From the NCBI GenBank assembly GCA_002269645.1, contig NIVC01002689.1, positions 62,001 through 126,000 of the forward strand: a stretch of DNA of 64,000 nucleotides. The letters run 5' to 3'. The translations under genes were made by a program, and so were the position numbers. This stretch comes from Macrostomum lignano. Lineage: Eukaryota. The notes under the pieces are model-generated. The model had not been told where the DNA came from and ran no database searches. It saw only the letters and a list, made by a program, of their open reading frames with translations. Below are positions 33,001 to 45,500 of this stretch, piece by piece; the stretch's first letter is position 1; every line of letters starts with the position of its first letter.

Positions 33001-33589
33001 TTTGAAAACATTAGAGCGTACAAGGTTAAAAAATAAACGTTTTAGACAAAGATTTTCTAAGAAAAGAAATAATTTTTACTCAGCGGCTTAGGCACAAGTT
33101 TTATTTATTTACTGAAATCAAGAATCTAAAAAATCTTTCAAAAAACTTTGCTCGCAATAACTTTTATGTAGGTGCGAGAAATTGAATTCAGATAGAAAAT
33201 ATAGTCTGTTGGGTTTATCACAAACAGGCGTCTTAATGATTTATCTAGTAGTAGAGGATATGTACAATAGTGTTAGCTACTATTCACTCTGTAAAATAAA
33301 ATAATTTTTGCAAAATTCTGGGGGGGGGCTTAAAATATATCACTCAAATAGCATAGCAAGTTGTAAAATCTTAGATGTTTTGAACTTGTACATACATGCA
33401 TACATAAATTCTTCAACATCTACACGTCATTCGGTAGCTGAGGTTTTTGTTTAGAAAACTAATTAAACAAGCATTGGCATTTGAATGCCAAGAGTGTTTC
33501 AAACTACTATCAGTAGCTTAGTAATCTAAATAGCGTTTTTCGTTATTTTCTGTAAATCTTAATGAGAAAAGTTCAGAAAAGTTTCCCGC

Positions 33590-36500
33590 TCAGCCGTGAA
33601 TGTACGGCAGGAACAGCTCCTTGAGCTTCGCCTCTCGCCTATCGCCGATCTCGCGCAGTCGATCCTCGACAACCCGATGCGCCTTGGCGCGCTTCTCGGC
33701 CACCTGCGGCAGCGTCTGCGGCGGCCGGTAATCTACCGGGTAGCGAGTGCTGGACGGAGTGCCGCCAGGCTGCACTTTTACTTTAGGCCGGTCACGCTCG
33801 TCCTGCTTATCGGCCTCATCAGTGTCTGGTTTGTCAACGATGGACGGTTTTGACGGCTGGCCGACTTCGCTGCTAGCGGCGCCGCTGCTGCTGTAGATGG
33901 TGTGCTGTCTGGCCGCCGCCCGCTGAAGCTGCAGCTCGGCGGAGGCCACAGCAGCGGTGGCTTTCAAGCCCTCCAGCTGCCAGGTGCGAGTTCGGCGTAC
34001 GGCGGCGAGCACGTGACGCTCGATGTCCGTGTGAGCGCGGGATAGCAGCATCTTCTCCGCCATCTCGTCCGCGGTCTCCATCAGCGTCATCCATGGGGTG
34101 GCCATGCGAAGCTGGAAGTTTTCGGTGGGGATGGTTGAGGTACCATGGTTACTGGGAAGTGCCCATTTGTGGGGAAAAATATCCACTTGAGATGGGGAAG
34201 AGAAGATGAGGAGGGAGAAGGGAAGCTGAGGTTAATGGAGAGCGGAGATTGCGTAGGAAGGGAAGGCTGAGGGGAGGATGATGAAGAGGGGAGGCTGGGG
34301 GGTAGGATGATGGAGAGGGGAGGCTGAGGGGGTAGGATGATGGAGAGGCCGGTGAGGCTGAGGGGTAGGATGATGGTGAGGCCGGTGAGGCTGAGGGAAC
34401 TATGCAAAGCCCAACTGCGATAAGGATTTAGGAAGGTTTGTAATCCGTGATGATTTATTGCTAATGCAGAATTAGGCACGATTTAAAATATCATCAAGTG
34501 AACAAAATAATTTCAATGAGTTTTAAAACAAAAGAATACCGATAAAATTTGTGACTATAAAACGCATGTGTTAAAATATAGATCTTATACGTGAACCGAA
34601 GTGAGATACGAGAGTACACGTACTTAAACACGTACACATACTTTTCACTGGCCAGATCGATCAACTCACTTGTCAGTTTAGTGACCACTTCGGTTCTGTA
34701 CGAGTATGATCATAAAAAACAGAACTATGGACTTTACTGAAACTGCCGATATGTATCGAAAATATCTTTGAAGGCAACAAATAATTCGAATCATCCGATT
34801 CGCATCGTAAATAAATTTAAGGCTACAACTATTTCACATCAGCCGATATGTATCGTAAATAAATTCAAGGCTAAAATAAATTCGAATTAGCCGATATGTG
34901 TCGAAAAAAACTTGATGGCTGCAAAATTAATTGAACCAGCCAATATTTATCAAAATTAAATTCATGGCTATACATTTCAAATCAATCCGATTGAAAATTT
35001 TGACATTTATTTCGAATCATCCGATATGTATCGACATCAACAAAAAACGTGGTTAAAATGATTATTAAATACCTGATTCCTCGGCAGTAGCAGGGGCTCC
35101 AAAGTTGACAAGCGACTCAGCTCCCTCACTGGCAGTTGCTGACCAGCCGCCAGCTCAGCGCGTTTGTTGCCTAGCAACTCTGGATCGAGCTTGTGCACCA
35201 GACTGGGGCTCTTGTGCGTTGACAGGGCGATGAGCAGCTGAAGGCACGCGTTGAGCAGCGCTCTGGATTTGATGATGAGGCATGGTGGCTTGTGTAAATT
35301 GTGTCTACCAGATGACACTATACCTGTCTAACAGGTGTCACTACACCCTGTCTAACAGGTGTCACTACACCCTGTCTAACAGGTGACCCTAATCTAAAAA
35401 GTGACCCTCCTATCTAACAGGTGACCCTACTATCTAACAGGTTATCCTACTATCTAACAGGTGACCCTACTATCTAACAGGTTATCCTACTATCTAACAT
35501 GTGACCCTAATCTAACAAGTGGCCCCTAGTATCTAACAGGTGACCCTACTATCTAACAGGTTATCCTACTATCTAACAGGTGACCCTAATCTAACAAGTG
35601 GCCCCTAGTATATAACAGGTGACTAATCTAATAAGTTGACCTACTATCTAACAGGTAACTAATCTAACAAGTGGCCCTACTATCTAACAGGTGACCCTAC
35701 TATCTAACAGGTGATCCTACTATCTAACAAGTACTATTTAAGAGGTTATCATTCCATCTAACAGGTGACACTCGTATCTAACACCTATCTAACAGCATCC
35801 TGTTAGACATTCCCGCCCATGTATACACATTTATTAATGGCCATCAATCTCTCTCACCTGCGCTCATTAGTCTTAGAAAAGTAGAGAAACTTCCCGAGCT
35901 CCACAAAGCCGAGCTGGCGCACCAGAGCCAAAGTTTTTGGCTGGCCTAACAGAATGCGAACAGTCAAATCCGACTGCTTCACTTGCAGCTCCTCTGCGTG
36001 TTTAGTGATTGCCAGCAGGTCGACCAGGTAGGAGATCTTCTCCTGGCTGGTTGGCAGCAGCTGGAATAGCGACTCCGTGAGTGCCGGGTGTGGAGCAATC
36101 GCTAGCAGGCTGGAGAACACGTGATAAGCGGGCAACAGCAGTCCGTCCCGGTCCCAGTGCGGGAACACGATCAGCTGTTTCGGCGTGTCCTCGAAATCTG
36201 GCTGGAAATGGAAGCCAAGAAATCGCAGCAGGCGAACTGCCGCGGGAAAGTCAGCGAGACAGTCGGGCAGACGGCGGTTGGCTTTGCCCGGGTTGCCAAG
36301 GAACAGCCGCTTCAGGGCGCCGTCCAGCTGCGGAGCGATGTTGGAGGCAGGGCTGTCTTGTCTCTGTGTCTCTGCCATGCCTGCCTTGTCTCTGCCATGT
36401 CTGTCTCTTGTCTCTGTGTCTCTGCCATGTCTGTCTCTTGTCTCTGTGTCTCTGCCATGTCTGTCTCTTGTCTCTGTGTCTCTGCCATGTCTGCCTTGTC

Positions 36501-39500
36501 TCTGCCATGTCTGTCTTGTCTCTGTGTCTCTGCCATGTCTGCCTTGTCTCTGCCATGTCTGTCTTGTCTCTGTGTCTCTGCCATGCCTGTCTCTTGTCTC
36601 TGTGTCTCTGCCATGTCTGTCTCTTGTCTCTGTGTCTCTGCCATGTCTGCCTTGTCTCTGCCATGTCTGTCTCTTGTCTCTGTGTCTCTGCCATGTCTGC
36701 CTTGTCTCTGCCATGTCTGTCTCTTGTCTCTGTGTCTCTGCCATGTCTGCCTTGTCTCTGCCATGTCTGTCTCTTGTCTCTGTGTCTCTGCCATGTCTGC
36801 CTTGTCTCTGCCATGTCTGCCTTGTCTCTGCCATGTCTGTCTCTTGTCTCTGTGTCTCTGCCATGTCTGCCTTGTCTCTGCCATGTCTGTCTCTTGTCTC
36901 TGTGTCTCTGCCATGTCTGCCTTGTCTCTGCCATGTCTGTCTCTTGTCTCTGTGTCTCTGCCATGTCTGCCTTGTCTCTGCCATGTCTGTCTCTTGTCTC
37001 TGTGTCTCTGCCATGTCTGCCTTGTCTCTGCCATGTCTGTCTCTTGTCTCTGTGTCTCTGCCATGTCTGCCTTGTCTCTGCCATGTCTGTCTCTTGTCTC
37101 TGTGTCTCTGCCATGTCTGTCTTGTCTCTGTGTCTCTGCCATGTCTGCCTTGTCTCTGCCATGTCTGTCTCTTGTTTCTGTGTCTCTGCCATGTCTGTCT
37201 CTTGTCTCTGTGTCTCTGCCATGTCTGTCTCTTGTCTCTGTGTCTGACATGTCTCTCTCTTTTGTCCGTCTCTCATGTCTCTCTTGTGTCTGCTTTTCTG
37301 CCATGTCTCTGTTGAGTCATTCTCGCATGTCTGATGACCCTCTGTCTTTTTCATGTGTATCTTTCACGAGTATCCTGTCTCTGCTGTGTCTACATTGTCC
37401 CTGCGATCTCTTTCCCGTCTATCTATTGTCTATTTCATATCACCCATCTCTTTTATATCATTACTGCGTCGTCTTTCATATTATTAGGGCCCTACTAACC
37501 AGAGAAGCAATTTGGTCCAAGCAGCCCGCGTGTCGCTTGTTTTCCTGCAGCACAGCCGACACCAGACTTTGCAATTCGTACATCAGAGCGGCTTCTTTTG
37601 GAACTGAAAAGTTTTTAATCCAAGTATAGAATAGTTCCTAATTAAAACAAATATTGATAAATTTAAAAAAAATTACAGGCTTCAATCCCCTAATAAATGA
37701 CGTAACAATCTGACTATCAAAGCAAAATATACGATACTGCCTGCAACAGGCTACTTTTATAAGTAGCCAAGTATCGAATTTTCTATCGTCGCTGACGAAA
37801 AATCTATGGGGCATAAAAATAAAACTTTTGTTAGTAAATAATACAGGCTCAAAATTTTTGGTCTGAATTTGTCCTACATAAATATGCTATGCATGCGCAG
37901 TAAATGCTACTGACAAGCAGTAGTTTCACTCTTAGTAGAAGCGATGACTGACAAATAATAAAATCTGTGCGTTTTGTCTACAGGCGGAAAAAACAATAGA
38001 ATTTGAACAAACTTGAATACACATCGACAAAAAAGACATTGATTTTTTAAAAAACAAGTTGCTTACAAGTGCATTAAATTATACCCTCATAATTAACCAC
38101 GCTTGGCCTCATTGTTGTGCAGTGGCATCTAATGATTTAAATTATTAATTTTTACCCTCTTTCTCCAGAACAAAGATTTCCTCTTCAGTGTCCTTTGGCG
38201 GTTCGACTTTTCAAGTTGGCAATGTGGAAATGAGGTGTTAAAACAATTAGCAGATACCCTCACTGTGGCATCAAATTTTAATATAGTAATAATCGTATTA
38301 CACAAAAGTAAAATATAACTTTAATATTCGTATATTACTCGAACCTGTCACTCTATGGGGGCGGATCACTCAAACCTTCAGTCACTCTATGGGGGCGGAT
38401 CACTCAAACCTTCAGTCACTCTATGGGGGCGGATCACTCAAACCTTTATCAGTCACTCTATGGGGCGGATCACTCAAACCTTCAGTCACTCTATGGGGGC
38501 GGATCACTCAAACCTTCATCAGTCACTCTATGGGGCGGATCACTCAAACCTTCAGTCACTCTATGGGGGCGGATCACTCAAACCTTCAGTCACTCTATGG
38601 GGGCGGATCACTCAAACCTTCAGTCACTCTATGGGGCGGATCACTCAAACCTTTATCAGTCACTCTATGGGGCGGATCACTCAAACCTTCAGTCACTCTA
38701 TGGGGGCGGATCACTCAAACCTTTATCAGTCACTCTATGGGGCGGATCACTCAAACCTTTATCAGTCCCTCTATGGGGGCGGATCACTCAAACCAGTCAC
38801 TCTATGGGGGCGGACCACTCAAACCAGTCACTCAATGGGGCGGACCACTCAAACCAGTCACTCTATGGGGGCGGATCACTCAAACCAGTCACTCTATGGG
38901 GCGGATCACTCAAACCTGTCAATTGGCTAAGACCAACGCAGTTGGCTAAAATACTCACATTTCTCCTTATCGGAGTCATCGTTGAGCAGTTCCCTTGCTC
39001 CATCCTGAGCCTCCACGGCGTCAATAGTTTGAGACAGTTGAGCTGACCGAATGTCGGCCAAGTTGATGACTAAATCCTTTCCGTAAAGTCGAATAGCGCC
39101 TTGAACACTTGGAGCAGCAAATCTGGATGGAGTATATCAATATTGCTACTGAGTTAGTAGCGTGATGAAACGACCACTATGATAAAACACTCCAACAAAC
39201 TCTGAGTGGGAGGCTCATTGTATTTTTGCTTAGGTAGCAATTACACAACTAAATAACTAAACTACCTACTAAAAGTAGAAATACGCGCAAATAACAACCT
39301 ATATTCTAAGCAATCTACTAAGAGTAGAAATACGCAAAAATTAGAACCTAAATTCAAAAAACAAAACAAAAACAAAAAACTCACTCTTCTATCTCCGCCA
39401 TTTCGCGCAGCGCACTCCGCGCCGCAGCGCCAACGCTAGCGCGTCCCCACTGTAGCGCCAGATAGAACTGGCGCCAAAATTCAGCAAGCGCTTTGCCAGG

Positions 39501-42500
39501 CAGAGGCCAAGCCAGACAAAGGACGCATTGAGCTCCCAGTGACAGAAGCAAATTTGGCAGCAGAGAATCTTCTTCTTTTGAAGCGGCTAAATCGTCTGCA
39601 CTGTCCTGCGCAGCTGTGGCGGTTTTGCCTCCGGGTTTGGCCGCCGCTGCAGGCACAGGTGCTGAGTTGGTTGCCCAGCCACAGCTGAGCACAATCAGAC
39701 CTGAGTAAAGCAAACCAATTGAAATCTTTGTTTTGTTTCAATTAGTTAATGGGCGCTAAATGATTGTGGCACTAAAATAAGAGTCTGGCGCTAAAATAAG
39801 AGCCTATGGCGCTAAACTGAGAGCCTGTGGCGCTAACATGAGAGCCTGTGGAGCTAAAACGAGAGTCTGTGGCGCTAAAATGAGAAACTTTGGCGCTAAA
39901 AAAGCGCTCAAACCTTACCAGCTCGAAGTCGACCGCACTGCAGCAGGTCACTCGGTTTCACGAGATAACTGGCCTCGTCCGCCTCTACTTCCTTTGTCGT
40001 TTTACTTTTATCTCCAGAGACAGATTTTGTTGCTGAAGCACTCTTTGATGCAACAACATCGCCGTCATTGAGTCGCTGGCGTGTTGGATTTGGCGCCAAA
40101 GCGAAGTAGCCGCGTCTTAGGCAAGCGTAGGTTGCTGTAAGAAAAGTTTTAAAACGAACTGTACATCTAGTGTACATCTAGAAACCTTAAACCTCTTCCC
40201 CTAGTGTACATTGAGCCCAGCTCATCTACTAGGCCTTTAAGGCTTTGGGTGTACATTTGACTTTTTATGACTTTTAAAGTTAGCGCAAGTCAAACTCCGC
40301 TCGTTTAAAATTAGCTCCTTTGCTCGCGTGCTCTGTGTTTACTAAAGAGCTGCCTCACCACGTTCACCAACCCACCCCCATCCTTTCTACTTTCACCCAA
40401 AAAACCACTAGCGCTAACTCCCAATGTACATTCATTCGCTGTACAATAAGCGAACAATAACGCTTGCTTTTCTATCCAAGTGTACGCGTAAAAATAGCCT
40501 CCGATAACAGGGAGAGACTCCGATTTCTTTAATTTGTAGCAGACGATAAGAAGTTGATCTTAAAACTGAACTAGCGCATGAATCAAAGCAAACAAACACC
40601 AACCAATATGCATAACAGTAGCAGTCTGCAGTTCGCGAAGGAACACATCTTTAGTGGCGTCCTCGCCTTCGATTGGACAAACTTCGCACATCTCGCCGAC
40701 CAGCAATAGTTCAGCGTGTGCCTGCTGCATTTGACTAACCGTTGTCCAAGGCTCGCCGTCGACCGTCAAACTGAAAAATTGCGGGTTTTAATTCGAATTA
40801 TTAATAAATCAATCGATGTTTGTTAAACTTAAATCATACCAAGTTCGAATTCGCTCAAAAGTGGACATTTTAACAATAAACTATTCATATTAAGCGTGAT
40901 AAACGTCTTTAGTAGCGGCCGTAAACCCACAGCAAGAAATAGCGTTTAAAACAAGCGTCATTAAAACAAGTGTTCTATTTTGGCGCCAATTTAAATTTCA
41001 ATAAACTTTTAATTCGACGATCGCAGGCCAAGTTGGAAGATTTCCATTGGCCGATGCGAAATGCTGCGGTTTAACTAACAATAGAATTTTTATTTTTCCG
41101 GAAAAATGCTCACTGTTTCGGCAGCTTCGGGTTTCCAACAACGACGCACTTCTCCGGGTCGCTAATTTGTCGGAAAGGCGTCACAAACAGGGCAGAGGTG
41201 GCCACGTCCGTGTCAGTCGCAGTTCGAGTCGTCACCACGGTCACGGTGTCCGCTACTCGAGTTCGAGTCTTCAATCTGGCTTGTTGAGTAAAGTGAATAC
41301 CCGATGAGGCTTCAAATCCGCTGTCTGGCGCCTGCGGACGACGGGAGCCGACCTGCGGTTGGAGCGACGACGAAGTCGGCTGCTTTGTCGGCGAGCTGAC
41401 AGCCACCGCGGCACCGGCCTTTGACGATGAAACTCGAAGCAGATGCGGGTTGGATAGCTGAGGGTGAGGAAAAGTGGGTCAATCTCCTCACAGCAGGTCA
41501 ATGTCGTCACAGTGGGTCAGTGTCACAGTGGGTCAGTGTCACAGTGGGTCACAGTGGGTCAGTGTCCCAGTGGGTCAGTGTCCCATTGGGTCAGTGTCCC
41601 ATTGGGTCAGTGTCCCAGTGGGTCAGTGTCGCAGTGGGTCAGTGTCTCAGTGGGTCAGTGTCTCAGTGGGTCAGTGTCGCAGTGGGTCAGTGCAGTCGTC
41701 ACAGTGGGTCAGTGTCGCAGTGGGTCAGTGCAGTCGTCACAGTGGGTCAGTGCAGTCGTCACAGTGGGTCAGTTTTGTCTCAATGGGTCAGGGTAAGTGG
41801 GTCAACGTCGCAAAGGTTACATAGAAGAATGCTCTGCTCTCACCTGTCTATGATTCAGAGACGGCGCCTTCTCAACCTCAAAATTTGCTTCTTCTTTTCC
41901 ACCGCTGTCCTCTGGATCGGCAAAATTAACGCCAGGCGTTGCTATGGAAACCTTCTTGACGCCGACTGTTTTCTTAGAATCTTTTTTGGATTTTTTATCA
42001 GGCATGGACGGCTCAAACGATACGGTTGCTCCTCGCTTCTCCCTGTCGGTGTCTGCAGCTTTGTATCGCTCGGAATCTTGTGGCAGCAGCATTGTTGATT
42101 GATTGACAGGTCTGGGACTGGTGTTGCCTCCCCGCCTGACCAGCTGGCGCTCGAATTCGACATCCTCATCGACTCTGAGTCTGTCTAACTCGCTGTTGAT
42201 TGCGCAGTCCAGGTGCCACAGACTGCTAGCGCGGAATAGCGGCGCCGATAAGGCGTCAAATACTGGCGCCAATTCGAATGGTAGGCTGGCCAGCTCGTGG
42301 TCGTCGGTTACTATGGTGACGGCAGTGTCTGGTGGCAGGCTTTGAAGACGCTCGTGAATTGTGCCGCCTCCCAGTAGCATTCGGTAGAGTTGGTGCAGCG
42401 GCTCCAGGGGAGACTGCGTAGGGACAAAATAAGCTTTGGTTTATGATTGGCTTGGAGGCTTCAAATTGAATAAAGTGATGGTAAATATGAGGCATTCGAG

Positions 42501-42542
42501 TGTATACTAGAGAAGACATGGGGTTGGTCAATTGTTCATTGG

Positions 42543-42584
<42 letters not shown>

Positions 42585-45500
42585 TGGTCAAGTGTACACT
42601 GGAGAACAGAGAGAGATGAAGAGTTGGTCGAGTGTACACTGGAGAAGAGAGAGTGTGTTTGTCGAGTGTACACTGAAGAAGAGAGAGGAGGGGTTGGTCG
42701 AGTGCACACTGGAGAAGAGAGAGGGGTTGGTCGAGTGTACACTGGAGAAAAGAGAGAGGGGAGGGTTTGTCAAGTGTACACTGAAGAAGAGAGAGGAGGG
42801 GTTGGTAGAGTGTACACTGAAGAAGAGAGAGGAGGGGTTGGTAGAGTGTACACTGGAGAAGAGAGAGAGAGGAGGGTTTGTCAAGTGTACACTGGAGAAG
42901 AGAGAGAGAGGAGGGGTTGGTCGAGTGCACACTGGAGAAGAGAGAGGGGTTGGTCTAGTGTACACTGGAGAAAAGAGAGAGAGGAGGGTTTGTCAAGTGT
43001 ACACTGGAGAAGAGAGAGAGAGGAGGGGTTGGTCGAGTGCACACTGGAGAAGAGAGAGGGGTTGGTCTAGTGTACACTGGAGAAAAGAGAGAGAGGAGGG
43101 TTTGTCAAGTGTACACTGGAGAAGACAGAGGAGGGGTTGGTCGAGTGTACACTGGAGAAGAGAGAGGGGGTTTGTCAAGTGTACACTGGAGAAGAGAGAG
43201 AGACGAGGGGTTGGTCGAGTGTACATGTACAACGGAAAAGAGAAGAAAGATTAGTCAAGTAAGAAACAAGAGGGCCTATCAAGTGAGGGCTTGTTAGCCA
43301 AGTGAACACCCTATAGAGTAAGGATTAGTTTCTAAAATAGAAAAAATCACTTACACCCTCGCTCCCAGATTCATCTTTCTTAGCCGCAGCCTCCGCCTCG
43401 TCAAACAGTCGCTCCGCTTCGGCCCTCCGATGCGCGGTCGACAGGGCTTCGTAGCGCCTTCGCTGGCACTTCAGGCGACCCCGAGACTCGGGCAGACGCC
43501 GACCCTCGGCAAAGTATCTGAGCCTCTGCCGATCGACCCACCGGTCGTACAGTTGAGCAGTCAATAATTTCAAACGCCTGCCGCTGAAACCCTTGGAGCT
43601 GGTCCGGTGGTCCACTGCGGTCAGACCGCGGCCGGGTTCGAGAAGCCACACCAGACAACCGTCGGTAGTGAGGCTCAGACAGAGGACTATTGTAGATTGC
43701 AGATCCACCTGTGGATTTGGAGTGAAAGAGACATTGTGACATAGTGACAAAAGTCGATGAGAAAAAACACATTGTCTTTGGAACAATAAAATCATTTGGA
43801 TTATGAGTCGTAGGGACAGAGTCATAAGGCAGCGTCATAGGGACAGTAATAGAGACAAAGTGAGTCACAGTGACAGAGTCATAGGGACAGAGTAATATGG
43901 ACAAAGAGTCATAGAGACAAAGTGAGTCACAGTGACAAAGAATCATAGGAACAAGGAATCATAGGGACAAAGAGTCATAGGAACAAAGAGAGTCATAGGG
44001 ACAAAGAGTCATGGGGACAAAGAGTCATAGGGACAAAGAGTCATAGGAACAAAGAGTCATAGGGACAAAGAGTCATAGAGACAAATAGTCATAGGAACAA
44101 AGAGTCATAGGGACAAATAGTCATAGGAACAAAGAGTAGGGACAAAGAGTCATAGAGACAAATAGTCATAGGAACAAAGAGTCATAGGGACAAAGAGTCA
44201 TAGAGACAAATAGTCATAAGGACAAAGAGTCATAGAGATAAATAGTCATAGGGACAAAGAGAGTCACAGGGACAAAGAGTCATAGGAACAAGGAATCATA
44301 GGGACAAAGAGTCATAGGAACAAAGAGAGTCATAGGGACAAAGAGTCATAGGGACAAAGAGTCATAGGGACAAAGAGTCATAGGGACAAAGAGTCATAGG
44401 AACAAAGAGTCATAGGGACAAAGAGTCATAGAGACAAATAGTCATAGGGACAAAGAGTCATAGGGACAAAGAGTCATAGAGACAAATAGTCATAGGGACA
44501 AAGAGTCATAGGGACAAAGAGTCATAGGAACAAAGAGTAGGGACAAAGAGTCATAGAGACAAAGAGTCACAGGAACAAAGAGTGTTCTCTCACAGTCCGC
44601 CTCAGCCGGTCCATATCCCAATTGAGGCGCAGTCGAAGTCGCTCTTTCCCTCGATGATCATCGATTAGCGACAACCCGCCACCACCGCCGCCGCCGCCGA
44701 GGCCGTCGAATCGATCCGATGACAGCAGCGACTGCCTGCCAGCCAGGTGGTGGCTGAGGCTTCGTTGCCTGGCCGCTTCAGAGGCCAGCAACGCGCGGTC
44801 GAACTTGCCCCGTTTAGCCGCCGAGTTGGCCAAGCCAAAATAGCAACGGCGCAGATCGCGAAGTAGATCCCCAGGCGCCGGCGCGTCCCATGGCCGGGGC
44901 CGATCGAGACCGCGCTCCAGGTTCGGCAGCAGCTGGTAGAACAGGCGCTCGGCCTGCGCAAGCGCGAGATAAGGGAGTTTCAAAATGATTGGTCAGGCTT
45001 TCTAGGAGAAAATCCCCATCTAAATCCACATCTGAATCTCTCTCTAAATCCCATCTGAATCCCCATCCAAAGCCCCATCTAAATCCCCATTTGAATCCCC
45101 ATTCGAATCCTCATTCAAATCCCCATCTAAATCTCCATCCAAATCCCTATCCGAATCCCCATCCAAATCTCCATCCAAATCCCCATCTGAAACCCCAGCA
45201 AAATCCCCATGAACTCCGGATTTGAGTTCAGTTCTCAAAAGCCTCAGAGAAGCACAGTGGACTCACAATATCGAGAGCTTCAGGTGATGAAGACATCTGA
45301 TGAATGACGGCCACCTGCAGTTGCACCGACTGCAGCTGGTCGCTGCTGACCGCGGAGTCAGCCTCCGCAATCTCCAGACACCGCTCGAAATGGTACAGGG
45401 CCCGCTGAGGCCGGTCGGCGCTGAGGTGAGTCTCTCCGATCTTCACCTCGGCCAGCAGCTTCATCTCCGGCCTGATAGCGGCTCTGCCAGCTTCCGCAAA

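Noticed and set aside
34112-34186. Independent single-exon gene 33590-34186 starting MDIFPHK
   Set aside because: An acceptor at 34112 joins it in phase to exon 17 of the TTC28-like gene; the upstream codons are intronic.
36328-36353. Acceptor at 36353 (array edge) for TTC28-like exon 16
   Set aside because: It is phase 2 and purine-rich, while the upstream exon ends in phase 0; CATCGCTCCGCAG| at 36328 fits the phase and the local consensus.
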